From an uncultured Clostridium sp. (GTDB lineage Bacteria; Bacillota; Clostridia; Lachnospirales; Lachnospiraceae): a stretch of DNA of 64,000 nt. Numbering within the stretch: the first letter of the stretch is position 1; each line of letters begins with the position of its first letter. This document shows positions 28,301 through 38,175 of this stretch, piece after piece. A program made the position numbers and the translations under genes. The notes beneath the pieces were generated by a model. That model was not told the DNA's origin and made no database searches. It worked only from the letters and a program-made list of their open reading frames with translations. The stretch covers positions 2,726 through 66,725 of the forward strand of contig CAMNRM010000022.1 in assembly GCA_946553025.1 (NCBI GenBank), read 5' to 3'.

Positions 28301-29353
28301 TTATTCCTTCGTCACCAAAGAATCCACCGTATCCTGTGTTACTAACTGGTTGTCCAGGATAACGTAAGGCTCAATCTTTTTGCCTTCCAGATAATCAAAT
28401 GCCGTGTTTAAAATTGCTTTTCCTAAGAAGAACGGAGGCTCTGCAATTGTTGCGTCAACCTTTCCGGCTTTCATAGCGTCCAGGGTATCGTCAATAGCGT
28501 CACAGCCAATTTTAACAATATCACCGGTTCTTCCCGCTGCTTCCATCGCCTCTAATGCACCTAAAAGCATCTCATCGTTTGCAGCGTAAAGTCCGTCGAT
28601 TTCCGGATTTGCCTGAAGGATGTTTTCCATAACGCTCATGCCCTTTGCGCGGTCAAAGTCCGCTACCTGGCAGGCTACGATTTCCATATCGGGATTTTCC
28701 TTCATAATCTCATTAAAGCCCTGGGAACGGTTCTGTGCCACGTTTGTTCCCATAATACCCTGAATCTCAACGATCTTTCCCTTGCCGCCTAAGGTATCCA
28801 CCAGATACTGTCCAGCCATTCTTCCGGACTTAATCGCATCATAACCGATATGAGAAACAACTTCGCCGCCGTTGGACTCACGGTCCATGGTAAATACGGG
28901 GATTCCTGCTTCATTACATGCTTCAATCGAAGATACAATCGCATCCGAATCACAGGTATCAATAATAATCGCATCCGGCTGCTTGGTAATCAGGTTCTCC
29001 ACATCCTTCATCTGGATCGTCGGGTCATCCTGCGCATCCGTGATATACAGCTCGATTCCATGCTCGTCCGCTGCCTTCTGCACGCCGTCTTTAACATCCA
29101 CGAAGAATGGGTTTGTCTGGGTGTTCATGGCCAAACCAATCACATACTTCTTACCGCTCTCCTGCCCTGCATCAGCATTTTCTTCAGCCTTGGTTTCTTC
29201 GCCCTGTGCTTCTGCCTTTGTGTCCTCTGCCGGTGCTGCCTCAGTCTGTGCAGCCGTCGTTGCCGGAGCCGGATCAGAACCTGAGCTGCATCCTGCAAAC
29301 ATCGTACATACCATTGCCATTGCCAATACGGTTGCTCCAATACGTTTCTTCAT
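28301..29353 (-). CDS. rbsB: Ribose-type sugar ABC transporter substrate-binding lipoprotein
   Basis: Lipobox FAGC, NPFFVDV, ADFDRAKG, NDEMLLGA. Confidence 0.85.
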   Translation of the reverse strand: MKKRIGATVLAMAMVCTMFAGCSSGSDPAPATTAAQTEAAPAEDTKAEAQGEETKAEENADAGQESGKKYVIGLAMNTQTNPFFVDVKDGVQKAADEHGIELYITDAQDDPTIQMKDVENLITKQPDAIIIDTCDSDAIVSSIEACNEAGIPVFTMDRESNGGEVVSHIGYDAIKSGRMAGQYLVDTLGGKGKIVEIQGIMGTNVAQNRSQGFNEIMKENPDMEIVACQVADFDRAKGMSVMENILQANPEIDGLYAANDEMLLGALEAMEAAGRTGDIVKIGCDAIDDTLDAMKAGKVDATIAEPPFFLGKAILNTAFDYLEGKKIEPYVILDNQLVTQDTVDSLVTKE

Positions 29354-29495
29354 AATACATTCTCCTTTTCTTAAAAAATATTAGGTATAACTCATCATCC
29401 CCCGAAGAAGACCTTAAAACCGCAAAGCCGCAGCCCTCTTTGTCTTCTTCAGGACATGTTATCCCTCTTAACCCCTTCATTTGCCTTCTTGTTCA

Positions 29496-29593
29496 GCCTT
29501 CGCCGACAAATCCTTTATCTTCACCTTGTCCAGCCTTCGCCGACAAATCCTTTATCTTTCTTTAACTTACTCCGCCTTCGCCGACAAATCCTT
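29496..29593. repeat. Three copies of a 20-bp sequence from the rbsC 3' end
   Basis: GCCTTCGCCGACAAATCCTT at 29496, 29533 and 29574. Confidence 0.85.
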
Positions 29594-30526
29594 CACCTTC
29601 TTATCCACAAGTACGGCAATCAGGATAACCGCACCCTTGACAATATTGGTCGCATGTGGATTTACGTTCATTAAAGTAAGAATATTATCAATAATACCCA
29701 TAATCATCGCGCCGACCACGGTCGGAAGGACAAAGCCCACGCCGCCGCTTAAGCTGGTTCCGCCTAAGATTACCGCTGCAATGGCATCCATCTCAATTCC
29801 CGTGCCGCTGGTGGACTGTGCCGACCCAAGTCTTGCGGTCAGGATAACTCCTGCGATTCCGCATAATAAACCGTTAATGGTGTAGGCCATCCACTCGGTA
29901 AACCGGGTGGAGATACCGGAAAGACGCGCCGCCTCACGGTTTCCGCCAAAAGCGTAGATACTGCGCCCGTAGCTTGTCTGAGTGAGAATATAATGGGCAA
30001 GTAAAAACAGTAAAATCAAGATAATCACAGGTACCGGAATCCCGACAATCGCGCCTTTTCCGAAGAATTTATAGGCGTCGCTTTTAATGGAAATCGGTGA
30101 ACCCTTGGTGTAAACCAGGACGCATCCTCTTAACAGCGTCATCATGCCCAGGGTGGAAATAAAGGGCGGAATCTCACAAAACGATACGAAAAATCCGTTA
30201 ATTGCCCCGCAGAGCACGCCTACAGCCAGAGCCAATGCAATGGCAAACGCCGGATTTCCGGTGGATTCCAGCACACCCGCCGCCAACACGCCGGAAAGTC
30301 CCAGAATCGAACCTACCGACAAATCGATACCGCCGGTAAGGATAACAAAGGTCATTCCGCAGCCCACAACTCCGGCTACCGTAATCTGCTTAAATACATT
30401 AAACAGATTCGTCACGCTCAGAAAGCTGGGTGATAATATCGTTGCAAATATACAAATCACGAGTAATATCAGCACGGAACGGTAAATATTAATCTGATTG
30501 ATCAGTTTCTTCTTATTCATTTTCAC
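29567..30526 (-). CDS. rbsC: Ribose-type ABC permease
   Basis: TGGIDLSVGS, FGGNREAARLSGI, MDAIAAVILGGTSLSGG. Confidence 0.88.
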   Translation of the reverse strand: MKMNKKKLINQINIYRSVLILLVICIFATILSPSFLSVTNLFNVFKQITVAGVVGCGMTFVILTGGIDLSVGSILGLSGVLAAGVLESTGNPAFAIALALAVGVLCGAINGFFVSFCEIPPFISTLGMMTLLRGCVLVYTKGSPISIKSDAYKFFGKGAIVGIPVPVIILILLFLLAHYILTQTSYGRSIYAFGGNREAARLSGISTRFTEWMAYTINGLLCGIAGVILTARLGSAQSTSGTGIEMDAIAAVILGGTSLSGGVGFVLPTVVGAMIMGIIDNILTLMNVNPHATNIVKGAVILIAVLVDKKVKDLSAKAE

Positions 30527-32015
30527 TTACACCTCCTGATGCATGGGCTAAAATAATCTCCTGGTTTACCTTCTCCTTGGGCAGTTCCAGAACCTGATGC
30601 CCCTCACGCATAATGATCACCCGGTCGCTCATGCCGATTAACTCCGGCAAATCCGTGGAAATCAAAATAATACTCTTCCCCATCTTGGTCAGTTCATCCA
30701 TAATCTGGTAAATCTCCGCCTTTGCGCCTACATCCACGCCCCGGGTAGGCTCGTCCAGAATCAGGATGGACGGATCAGCTTCTAAAACCTTGGCAAACAC
30801 TACCTTCTGCTGGTTTCCTCCGCTCAGTTTCCCCACCAACTGCTGCAGGCCGCTGATCTTAATATTCATCCGCGAAACCTGGGCATTAATATTTTCCGTT
30901 TCCTTCTTTTTGTCAATATGGATTCCCTTGCTGATCTTATCTAAGGAGGACAGGGACACATTCTCACGGATATTGCGGATTAAAACAAGACCTTCCTGCT
31001 TCCGGTCGTCCGAAACAAAGCCAATCCCTGACTTTAATGCCTTCTTGGGTGTCCGGCAGTCCTTCTTCTCCCCATTGACATAAACTTCCCCCGACGTCAT
31101 GGGGATGGCCCCGTAGACAATCTTGGATAACTCGATGGTTCCCGAACCCATAAGCCCGGCAATCCCTAAAATCTCCCCCTGGTGAAGCTTCAGGCTGATA
31201 TCGTGCACGCCTTTTCCGCTGATATTCTTTAATTCCAGCGCCACTTCCTTTTTCTCATAATGGCGCTCCGGGTAAAGGTTTGTCACGCTCCGCCCAACCA
31301 TCATGGAAACAACATCATCATAATCCGTATCTTCAATGTTCTTCGTTGCTATGTACTTCCCGTCCCTGAACACGGTAAGACGATCGGAAATCCTGAAAAT
31401 CTCATCCATGCGGTGGGAAATATATAAAATGGAAATATCTTTCTTCTTTAAATCGTCAATAATCCCAAACAGGATATTGATCTCTTCGTCGGTAAGCGCT
31501 GCCGTCGGCTCGTCCATAATAATCACCTTGGCACCGATGGTCAGACACTTGGCAATCTCCGTCATCTGCGACTCTGCCACGGAAAGATTGCGCACCTTCG
31601 TCTTGCAGTCAAACTTCAGTCCCAGTCGGTTTAATACCTCCTGTGCATCCTGGTAAAGCTTCTTCCAGTCCACGGCCCCGTAGGATGTCTTGGGAAGCCT
31701 TCCCAGATACATGTTTTCTGCCACGGACATATCAGGAACCATGTTAAACTCCTGATAAATCATGGCAATTCCCTGGCGTTCCGCCTCCTTGGTGGAGTGG
31801 AACACCACTTCCTGACCATTCACATACATATGGCCCGAAGTATAACCCTGCGCCCCCGCGATAATCTTCATCAGGGTCGATTTTCCCGCGCCGTTTTCTC
31901 CGCACAGGGCATGTACCTCTCCCCGGTAGACATCCAGCTGGACCCCATCGAGAGCCTTTACCCCGGGGAATGTTTTCACAATCGATTCCAGATGCAGTAC
32001 AATATTATCGTTCAT
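30513..32015 (-). CDS. rbsA: Sugar ABC transporter ATP-binding protein (double ABC)
   Basis: GENGAGKST, LSGGNQQKV, DEPTRGVDVGAK. Confidence 0.9.
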   Translation of the reverse strand: MNDNIVLHLESIVKTFPGVKALDGVQLDVYRGEVHALCGENGAGKSTLMKIIAGAQGYTSGHMYVNGQEVVFHSTKEAERQGIAMIYQEFNMVPDMSVAENMYLGRLPKTSYGAVDWKKLYQDAQEVLNRLGLKFDCKTKVRNLSVAESQMTEIAKCLTIGAKVIIMDEPTAALTDEEINILFGIIDDLKKKDISILYISHRMDEIFRISDRLTVFRDGKYIATKNIEDTDYDDVVSMMVGRSVTNLYPERHYEKKEVALELKNISGKGVHDISLKLHQGEILGIAGLMGSGTIELSKIVYGAIPMTSGEVYVNGEKKDCRTPKKALKSGIGFVSDDRKQEGLVLIRNIRENVSLSSLDKISKGIHIDKKKETENINAQVSRMNIKISGLQQLVGKLSGGNQQKVVFAKVLEADPSILILDEPTRGVDVGAKAEIYQIMDELTKMGKSIILISTDLPELIGMSDRVIIMREGHQVLELPKEKVNQEIILAHASGGVSENE

Positions 32016-32130
32016 TGCTACCCCTCTCTATTTGCTGAATCACTCTTTGCGTCAGGCCAGCCAGGTAAGAACGCTGTTTCTTAAACGCCCCTGCACCGGC
32101 CTGACCAAAAAGTTCCATCTCCGGGACAAA

Positions 32131-32529
32131 TTAATACGCACACCCCGCGGTTAAAATCACATTGGTGTAGCCGGTAAATTCTCCCGTAAGAATAATGGCT
32201 TTGGCGTCTTTGCTTCTTTCCTTTAACTCGGTATGAGGAATATAGTCAACCGGCAGTCCCTCCGGCAAGAGCGCCAGGGCCTTCTTATGAAAATCCGGGG
32301 TAACTTTTAAGGCTTCATCCGCAAAAGTTGCCTTCTCCACGACAATATACTTAAGAACCTCCTCAAGCACATCCAGATACGCCGGATCTCCCGGACGCCA
32401 GCCCAGATCTACCCTCTCCACGCCTTTAGGAATCGGAAGTCCCGCATCCCCAATCACTAAAGTATCCATATGGCGCAGCTCTGCCAGCACACGGGCAAGC
32501 TGCGGATGTAAAATCCCAGTCTTTAACAT
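32131..32529 (-). CDS. rbsD: D-ribose pyranase
   Basis: HMDTLVIGDAGLPIP, TGEFTGYTNVIL. Confidence 0.9.
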   Translation of the reverse strand: MLKTGILHPQLARVLAELRHMDTLVIGDAGLPIPKGVERVDLGWRPGDPAYLDVLEEVLKYIVVEKATFADEALKVTPDFHKKALALLPEGLPVDYIPHTELKERSKDAKAIILTGEFTGYTNVILTAGCAY

Positions 32530-32544
32530 CGTTTTATCCTCCCT

Positions 32545-33471
32545 TTATTTATGAGCTTCCAGGAATGCATCAATCTCTTCCCGAAGCGGCATCGCCGGTG
32601 TGGTTCCCATCTTCTGTACCGAAAGGGCTGCCAGGGCATTGGCAAACCTTGCAGCCTCCCAGAGATCCTTTCCCTCGGCCAGTGCAGCTAAAAGACCTCC
32701 GTTAAAGGCATCGCCTGCCCCTGTGGTGTCCACGGCTTCCACCTTATAGGCCGGAAGAATCCCCTTCTTATCCCCCGTGTTTAAGTAAACCCCTCTTCCG
32801 CCAAGGGTGATGAGCACACGCTTTACCCCGCGGGCAAAGAACCAGTCTGCGGCTTTATCCGCGGCTTCTTCGCTGTCCACCTTAATCCCGGTAAGAATCT
32901 CGGCCTCAACCTCATTCGGCGTAATCAGGTCAACCTTTGCCAGAAGTTCATCTTCAATCGGCTGTACCGGAGCCGTATTTAAGATAACCTTGACACCCTT
33001 TTGATAGGCAATATCCACAATCCGCTCCACCGAAGAAACATTTGTTTCCAGCTGCGTCAGCAGATATTCGGAACCTTCGATCACATCCGTTAAGGAATCC
33101 ACCTCTTCATCGGTAATGGTATTGCACGCACCCAGAATCACAACAATCTCATTCTGGCTGGTCTTTTCATCCACCATAATCAATGCGGCTCCGGTTTCCA
33201 CGTCCTCGGAAAACAATACCCGGCTGCTGTCCATCTTCAGCTCTTTCATGGTATCTAAGGCAACGCCGCCAAAGGTATCCCGGCAAATCTTGGTAACCAT
33301 CGTTACATCCGCTCCCGCCTTATGCGCGGCAACCCCCTGGTTAAACCCCTTTCCTCCAGGCCCAAGCTTAAACACGCTTCCCTTTACGGTTTCGCCCGGT
33401 GCCGGAAGATGCGGGGTCCTTCCCATTAAGTCAACAACAAAACTTCCAAATACTAAAACCTTCTTCCCCAT
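32545..33471 (-). CDS. rbsK: Ribokinase
   Basis: GGKGFNQGVAA, TPNEVEA, DTTGAGDAFNG. Confidence 0.9.
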   Translation of the reverse strand: MGKKVLVFGSFVVDLMGRTPHLPAPGETVKGSVFKLGPGGKGFNQGVAAHKAGADVTMVTKICRDTFGGVALDTMKELKMDSSRVLFSEDVETGAALIMVDEKTSQNEIVVILGACNTITDEEVDSLTDVIEGSEYLLTQLETNVSSVERIVDIAYQKGVKVILNTAPVQPIEDELLAKVDLITPNEVEAEILTGIKVDSEEAADKAADWFFARGVKRVLITLGGRGVYLNTGDKKGILPAYKVEAVDTTGAGDAFNGGLLAALAEGKDLWEAARFANALAALSVQKMGTTPAMPLREEIDAFLEAHK

Positions 33472-33590
33472 AACGCTCTTCTCCTGCTCTTCTTTCCATC
33501 TTTGATGATTTTCTTTGTTCTGGTTTCTTCGTTTCTGTTCTTGTTACTGTTCACACGTTCTTCATCGGCTTTCTGCATTAGTCTGCGGCA

Positions 33591-34232
33591 CTATTCCTGA
33601 ATTAACGGAATACCGTTTCCTGCGCCGATTCGGTCTGCCCCTGCCTCGATCAGTGCTTTTGCATCCTCCGGTGTGCGGATACCTCCGCTTGCCTTCACCA
33701 GGGCTTTCCCGTCCACCGTCTTTTTCATCAGAGCCACATCGGCAGCCGTCGCCCCTCCTGTGCTGAATCCGGTGGAAGTCTTTACAAATGCTGCCCCTGC
33801 CTTCACCGATAATTCACAGGCTTTTACCTTTTCCTCATCCGTCAGCAGACAGGTTTCGATAATCACCTTAACCAGGGCATCACCGGAAGCCTCGACCACG
33901 GCACGGATATCCTCTTCCACAAATGAATAATCCTTATCCTTTAATGCGCTGATATTAATCACCATATCAATTTCCTGCGCTCCGGCCTTTACCGCCTCTG
34001 CTGCTTCAAAAGCCTTTGCCGCAGTCAGCATCGCTCCTAAAGGAAATCCGACAACACAGCAGGTTTTTACTCCGCTTCCCTCCAGTTCCTTTGCTACCAG
34101 AGGAGCAAATGCAGAATTTACGCATACCGAGGCAAACTTATGCTCCCTTGCTTCCTTGCAGTAGCGGACAATGGTTTCCCTGCTCGCATCTGCCTTTAAC
34201 ATCGTGTGATCAATCATCTGTGCAATTCCCAT
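33591..34232 (-). CDS. deoC: Deoxyribose-phosphate aldolase
   Basis: [29 protein letters not shown]. Confidence 0.93.
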   Translation of the reverse strand: MGIAQMIDHTMLKADASRETIVRYCKEAREHKFASVCVNSAFAPLVAKELEGSGVKTCCVVGFPLGAMLTAAKAFEAAEAVKAGAQEIDMVINISALKDKDYSFVEEDIRAVVEASGDALVKVIIETCLLTDEEKVKACELSVKAGAAFVKTSTGFSTGGATAADVALMKKTVDGKALVKASGGIRTPEDAKALIEAGADRIGAGNGIPLIQE

Positions 34233-34359
34233 AACTTTTTCTCCTTTTCTTTATAAAAAAATGAATTTACAGTGACTTTATTATCGTAGATTCTCTTTAC
34301 CATTTTGTCCAGACTTCATTTTCCCGTCAATGCTTTTTAGGATTGCCTGCCTGCTTATT

Positions 34360-34409
34360 ATGTAACCGGTTACATTTTTGCCAGCAAGTCCTTTCTGTAA
34401 TCGGTTACA
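34360..34409. promoter_or_regulatory. Two LacI-family operators (also match the cre consensus) upstream of the deoC-rbs operon
   Basis: Perfect palindrome ATGTAACCGGTTACAT (34360-34375) and TGTAATCGGTTACA (34396-34409). Confidence 0.75.
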
Positions 34410-34431
34410 TATTATTCAAAAACAAACTGAC

Positions 34432-35472
34432 TTACGTCAGATTGTTTTTCGTAACTGTTTTCAACTGCTCCGAGCCCCGCAAAATAACCTGATAAGGCAC
34501 CGTAACCCGCTTCCCCCGCTGACGGTTCTGTCCGCCGCTCTCAAAGCATTCCTCAAGAAGCTTCATCGCTTCCATTCCCTGCTGCTTTGCGTCACGTTCA
34601 ACCACCGAAATGCGGTAATCAATCATCTTTAAGGTTTCGATGTCGTCAAATCCCATCAGAGAAACATCTCTTCCCAGTTTAAGCTTCTTCTCCGTCAGAT
34701 ACTTCAGACACCCCAAGGTCGAAAGGTTGTTTGAAGTAAAGATCGCCGTGGGCGGTTCGGGAAGTTCCATCAGCCGTTTCGTACATGCATAAGCCTTTGC
34801 AATCTTAAAATCACCGCAGGCCACATATTCCGGCCGAATCGCAAGGCCGTTCTCTTCCATCGCCTGCACATAGCCCTGATACCTGCCCTTTCCCGGTTTT
34901 GAAGTATCCGGCCCGGTAATCACGGCAATTCGCTGATGACCCGCACGGATAAGTTCCGTCACACCGTCACAGGCTCCCTGCTGGTTGTCCACGAATACAC
35001 CGTCAAAACGTGCACCCTTTACATCTCGGTCAATCAGCACCACCGGAACCCCTGACTTCTCCAATGCCAGAAGCTGCTGCCTTGTGACATCATCGGAATC
35101 CGATATCGGAGCAATCAGCACTCCCTTCACCCAGCGCCGCTTCACCAGATCCAGGCAGCGGTGCTCCTTGGCAAGTGTTTCGTTCGTCCCCCAGAAAATC
35201 AGGTTGTAATGGTACTTTTCGGCAACTTCATTCACCCCGTTGATAACCTTGGAAAAAAATTCGTTCTCAATATCCGGGATAATCACGCCTATGCTGAAGC
35301 TGTCCTGGATGCTCAGGCTCCGTGCGATTTCATTCGGAACGTAGTCATAGGCTTTAACGACCTCCATCACCTTCTGCCTGGTTTCACTCTTGACATAACC
35401 CGAATTATTCAGCACCCGGGAAACGGTAGCGGACGACACGCCTGCTCGCTGAGCAATCTCCCTTATATTCAT
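34432..35472 (-). CDS. rbsR: LacI-family repressor
   Basis: MNIREIAQRAGVSSATVSRVLN HTH plus periplasmic-fold C-domain; adjacent to the rbs operon. Confidence 0.8.
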   Translation of the reverse strand: MNIREIAQRAGVSSATVSRVLNNSGYVKSETRQKVMEVVKAYDYVPNEIARSLSIQDSFSIGVIIPDIENEFFSKVINGVNEVAEKYHYNLIFWGTNETLAKEHRCLDLVKRRWVKGVLIAPISDSDDVTRQQLLALEKSGVPVVLIDRDVKGARFDGVFVDNQQGACDGVTELIRAGHQRIAVITGPDTSKPGKGRYQGYVQAMEENGLAIRPEYVACGDFKIAKAYACTKRLMELPEPPTAIFTSNNLSTLGCLKYLTEKKLKLGRDVSLMGFDDIETLKMIDYRISVVERDAKQQGMEAMKLLEECFESGGQNRQRGKRVTVPYQVILRGSEQLKTVTKNNLT

Positions 35473-35494
35473 GGCGTTTTGTCCTCCTCTGCTC

Positions 35495-35554
35495 TGTAAT
35501 CGGTATATTACCGGTTACATGTATAACAATACCACACTTTTTCCGATTTGTAAA
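35495..35554 (-). promoter_or_regulatory. rbsR promoter with overlapping autoregulatory operator-like sites
   Basis: TTTACA-17-TATTGT (35554-35526) on the minus strand; TGTAATCGGTATA and TTACCGGTTACA half-matching sites at 35495-35519. Confidence 0.6.
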
Positions 35555-35735
35555 TAGTTTTTATGCAATTTATCCAAAAAAATTTTTCCATCAATTTCCT
35601 GGGGGTTTTTGCTATGCAAAATGTTACATTTAAGCGGGATAATCCATGATTGAACTTTCTGCCCGCACATGTTAAAATAAAACAGATATGGTCAAACAGG
35701 ACAGAAAAAAAAAAAGCAAGAAAGGAAAATAACTC

Positions 35736-36281
35736 ATGGCACCGGCACAGGAAAACGTCTATACTCTCGATGATATCTATGCTCTTCCGGAAGGACAAAG
35801 GGCAGAATTAATTGACGGTCAAATCTATGGCATGGCTCCTGTGATGCGTATTCATCAGCATCTGCTTATGAACCTTTCTGCCCTGATTCATCGTTATATC
35901 CAAAAGAAAAAAGGGGCCTGCCTGGTTTACCCTGCCCCTTTTGCCGTATTTCTTAATCAGGATAACCACAACTATGTGGAACCGGATATTTCGGTTATCT
36001 GTGACCCGTCAAAGCTTAACGAACGCGGATGCAACGGTGCGCCGGACTGGATCATCGAAATTATTTCCCCGTCAACCCAGCAGATGGATTACGGCATAAA
36101 ACTCTTTAAATACCGCACAGCCGGGGTAAGGGAATACTGGATTGTTAATCCTGTAACACAAACCATTAATGTCTACGACTTCGCGCACGAAAAAACGACG
36201 GGTCAATACAGCTTTAAGGATACGATTCCGGTAAATATTTTCCCTGATTTAAGCATACAGGCTGAACAACTGCTTAAATAA
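35736..36281 (+). CDS. Uma2/DUF820-family PD-(D/E)XK endonuclease
   Basis: RAELIDGQI, VEPDISVICD, GAPDWIIEIISPS, GVREYWIVNP. Confidence 0.88.
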   Translation: MAPAQENVYTLDDIYALPEGQRAELIDGQIYGMAPVMRIHQHLLMNLSALIHRYIQKKKGACLVYPAPFAVFLNQDNHNYVEPDISVICDPSKLNERGCNGAPDWIIEIISPSTQQMDYGIKLFKYRTAGVREYWIVNPVTQTINVYDFAHEKTTGQYSFKDTIPVNIFPDLSIQAEQLLK

Positions 36282-36284
36282 AAC

Positions 36285-36416
36285 GTTACTGTTCACACGT
36301 TCACAGTAACGGGCAAAAATCCATGAAAATCGCCTTCGTCGATGGGATTTTTGCTCACTGGCCCAGTTTAACATACGGTCAGCGCAGCAAGTGCGCAGAC
36401 CTACGTGAACAGTAAC
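36285..36416. mobile_element. 132-bp MITE-like element with 12-bp TIRs and 8-bp target duplication
   Basis: TIR GTTACTGTTCAC...GTGAACAGTAAC; AATAAAAC on both flanks (36277-36284, 36417-36424); internal hairpins. Confidence 0.75.
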
Positions 36417-36434
36417 AATAAAACGCACCTTCGC

Positions 36435-37262
36435 CTACTCTGCATCCCAATCCAGAAGCAGCTCCTCCACCCAGGCACAAAGCTTGCTGCTGCTCTCATT
36501 GGCAATGCGCACAACTTCTTCATGGGTATGCTTTTCCCTGGCTATACCCGTAGCCATGTTGGTGATGCAGGCAATCCCCAGTACCTTCATTCCCAGATAA
36601 TTTGCCACGATGGTTTCCGGTACGGTGGACATGCCGATAGCATCTGCACCAAGCCGCTCATAGGCCCGGATTTCCGCCGCAGTTTCATAGCAGGGACCGG
36701 AAAAGATGGCATAGACGCCCTTTTGATAAGCAATTCCCAGCGCCTTTGCCGTTTCCTCGGCTTTTGCCAGCAGTTCTAAGGAATAGGCTTCGGACATATC
36801 CGGGAAGCGCACGCCCAGACGCTCGTCATTCTCCCCAATCAGCGGGTTATTTCCCAGCATATTGATATAATCGGTTAATAACATCAAATCCCCCGGCACA
36901 AATGCCCGGTTAATCCCGCCGCAGGCATTGGTCACAATCAGGTTCTTCACCCCTAAAAGCTTCATCACGTAAATCGGATAGGTCACTTCCTTCATGGTAA
37001 AGCCTTCATAGAAATGAAATCTTCCCTGCATGGCAATAATGATTTCCTTGCCCATCCTGCCAATCACCAGATTCCCTGCATGTCCCGCCACACTCGACTG
37101 CGGGAAATTGGGGATTTCCTTGTAGGGGATGATGATTTTGTCCTCCATCTTATCCACCAGACTCCCCAAACCGCTGCCTAAAATCACACCGGTTGACGGT
37201 ATCTTATATATCCTCTCCCGAATAAAATCTGCTGATTCCTTCACTTTTTCGTAAAACATCAT
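36435..37262 (-). CDS. punA: Purine-nucleoside phosphorylase (trimeric)
   Basis: GVILGSGLG, GRFHFYEG, GPCYETAAE, GMSTVPE, TNMATG. Confidence 0.92.
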   Translation of the reverse strand: MMFYEKVKESADFIRERIYKIPSTGVILGSGLGSLVDKMEDKIIIPYKEIPNFPQSSVAGHAGNLVIGRMGKEIIIAMQGRFHFYEGFTMKEVTYPIYVMKLLGVKNLIVTNACGGINRAFVPGDLMLLTDYINMLGNNPLIGENDERLGVRFPDMSEAYSLELLAKAEETAKALGIAYQKGVYAIFSGPCYETAAEIRAYERLGADAIGMSTVPETIVANYLGMKVLGIACITNMATGIAREKHTHEEVVRIANESSSKLCAWVEELLLDWDAE

Positions 37263-37317
37263 GTTCTCTTCCCTTCCTTTTTTTCATTTTGTACAAGTTT
37301 AAGTTTACCTTTTTATT

Positions 37318-38172
37318 TCATCCTTTATTACTCTTTTTATGATCTCTTTCAATCCTCAACAGACGAAAACGTTCACCCTTGCGATATCCAAAACATCGCA
37401 TCCTGCTGCTAAAACGAAACTTCATTATTGTCACACCATCATAAATCGAATAACGAAACCAGTCCTCTTCTGCTGACGATGGGGAATATTTTTTGTACTC
37501 CAAGCCATCATCCAGACCAATCGATTCCCAAGATTCATGCCTTACAAATTTATCCAAAGTTTTCAAAAGAATATGATATTCCTCTTTCTCTAACTTTTCT
37601 GCCCCATATTCTTTTTCCAGCAATGAACAATCCAAGCGCGTTTTAGCATAACGGGCCTTTAGGCATTCATCTCGGCCTAACCCCATTTGCTCACCAAAGT
37701 ATTCTGCCAAATAGGATGGCTGATAAATGGAAGCCACATAATACTCCCCGCCATTCCACTTAATCAAAAGCTGCGTATCTGAATAAATCGCTGATTGGAA
37801 GGACAACAAACTCTCTTTCCGCTCTACTGCCTCTGCTACCGCTGTAGCTGCCACATCCTCCTTCCCCATCCAATACGGCATCCCATAATCATGAGCCGGT
37901 GATAAGTCCCAATATGGTTCCGTCCGCATCTCTTTATCCAATGCAATCCTTAAACGGCTTAATGCATCTGATCTTGGATATTCTTTTAAATCCCCCAGCT
38001 TCTGATTTTCTGTCACCTGGCATTTATAAAAATCTGCAATTTTTCTGATTTCTCCATCCTTCTGACAGCGCACCAGCCTGAAGCAGTGTAAATTAGACTC
38101 AAGGCTGCGCAAAAATTCCTCCACGGTTTTAAACTGTCCATGCAGCGATCTTTCGTTTAATATAAAATTCAA
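37318..38172 (-). CDS. Hypothetical protein, putative defence effector with RelE-like C-terminus
   Basis: Coupled to the ATPase gene; C-terminal KFRFSSRMRCFGYRKGERFRLLRIERDH resembles RelE/ParE-fold beta strands. Confidence 0.45.
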   Translation of the reverse strand: MNFILNERSLHGQFKTVEEFLRSLESNLHCFRLVRCQKDGEIRKIADFYKCQVTENQKLGDLKEYPRSDALSRLRIALDKEMRTEPYWDLSPAHDYGMPYWMGKEDVAATAVAEAVERKESLLSFQSAIYSDTQLLIKWNGGEYYVASIYQPSYLAEYFGEQMGLGRDECLKARYAKTRLDCSLLEKEYGAEKLEKEEYHILLKTLDKFVRHESWESIGLDDGLEYKKYSPSSAEEDWFRYSIYDGVTIMKFRFSSRMRCFGYRKGERFRLLRIERDHKKSNKG

Positions 38173-38175
38173 TTT

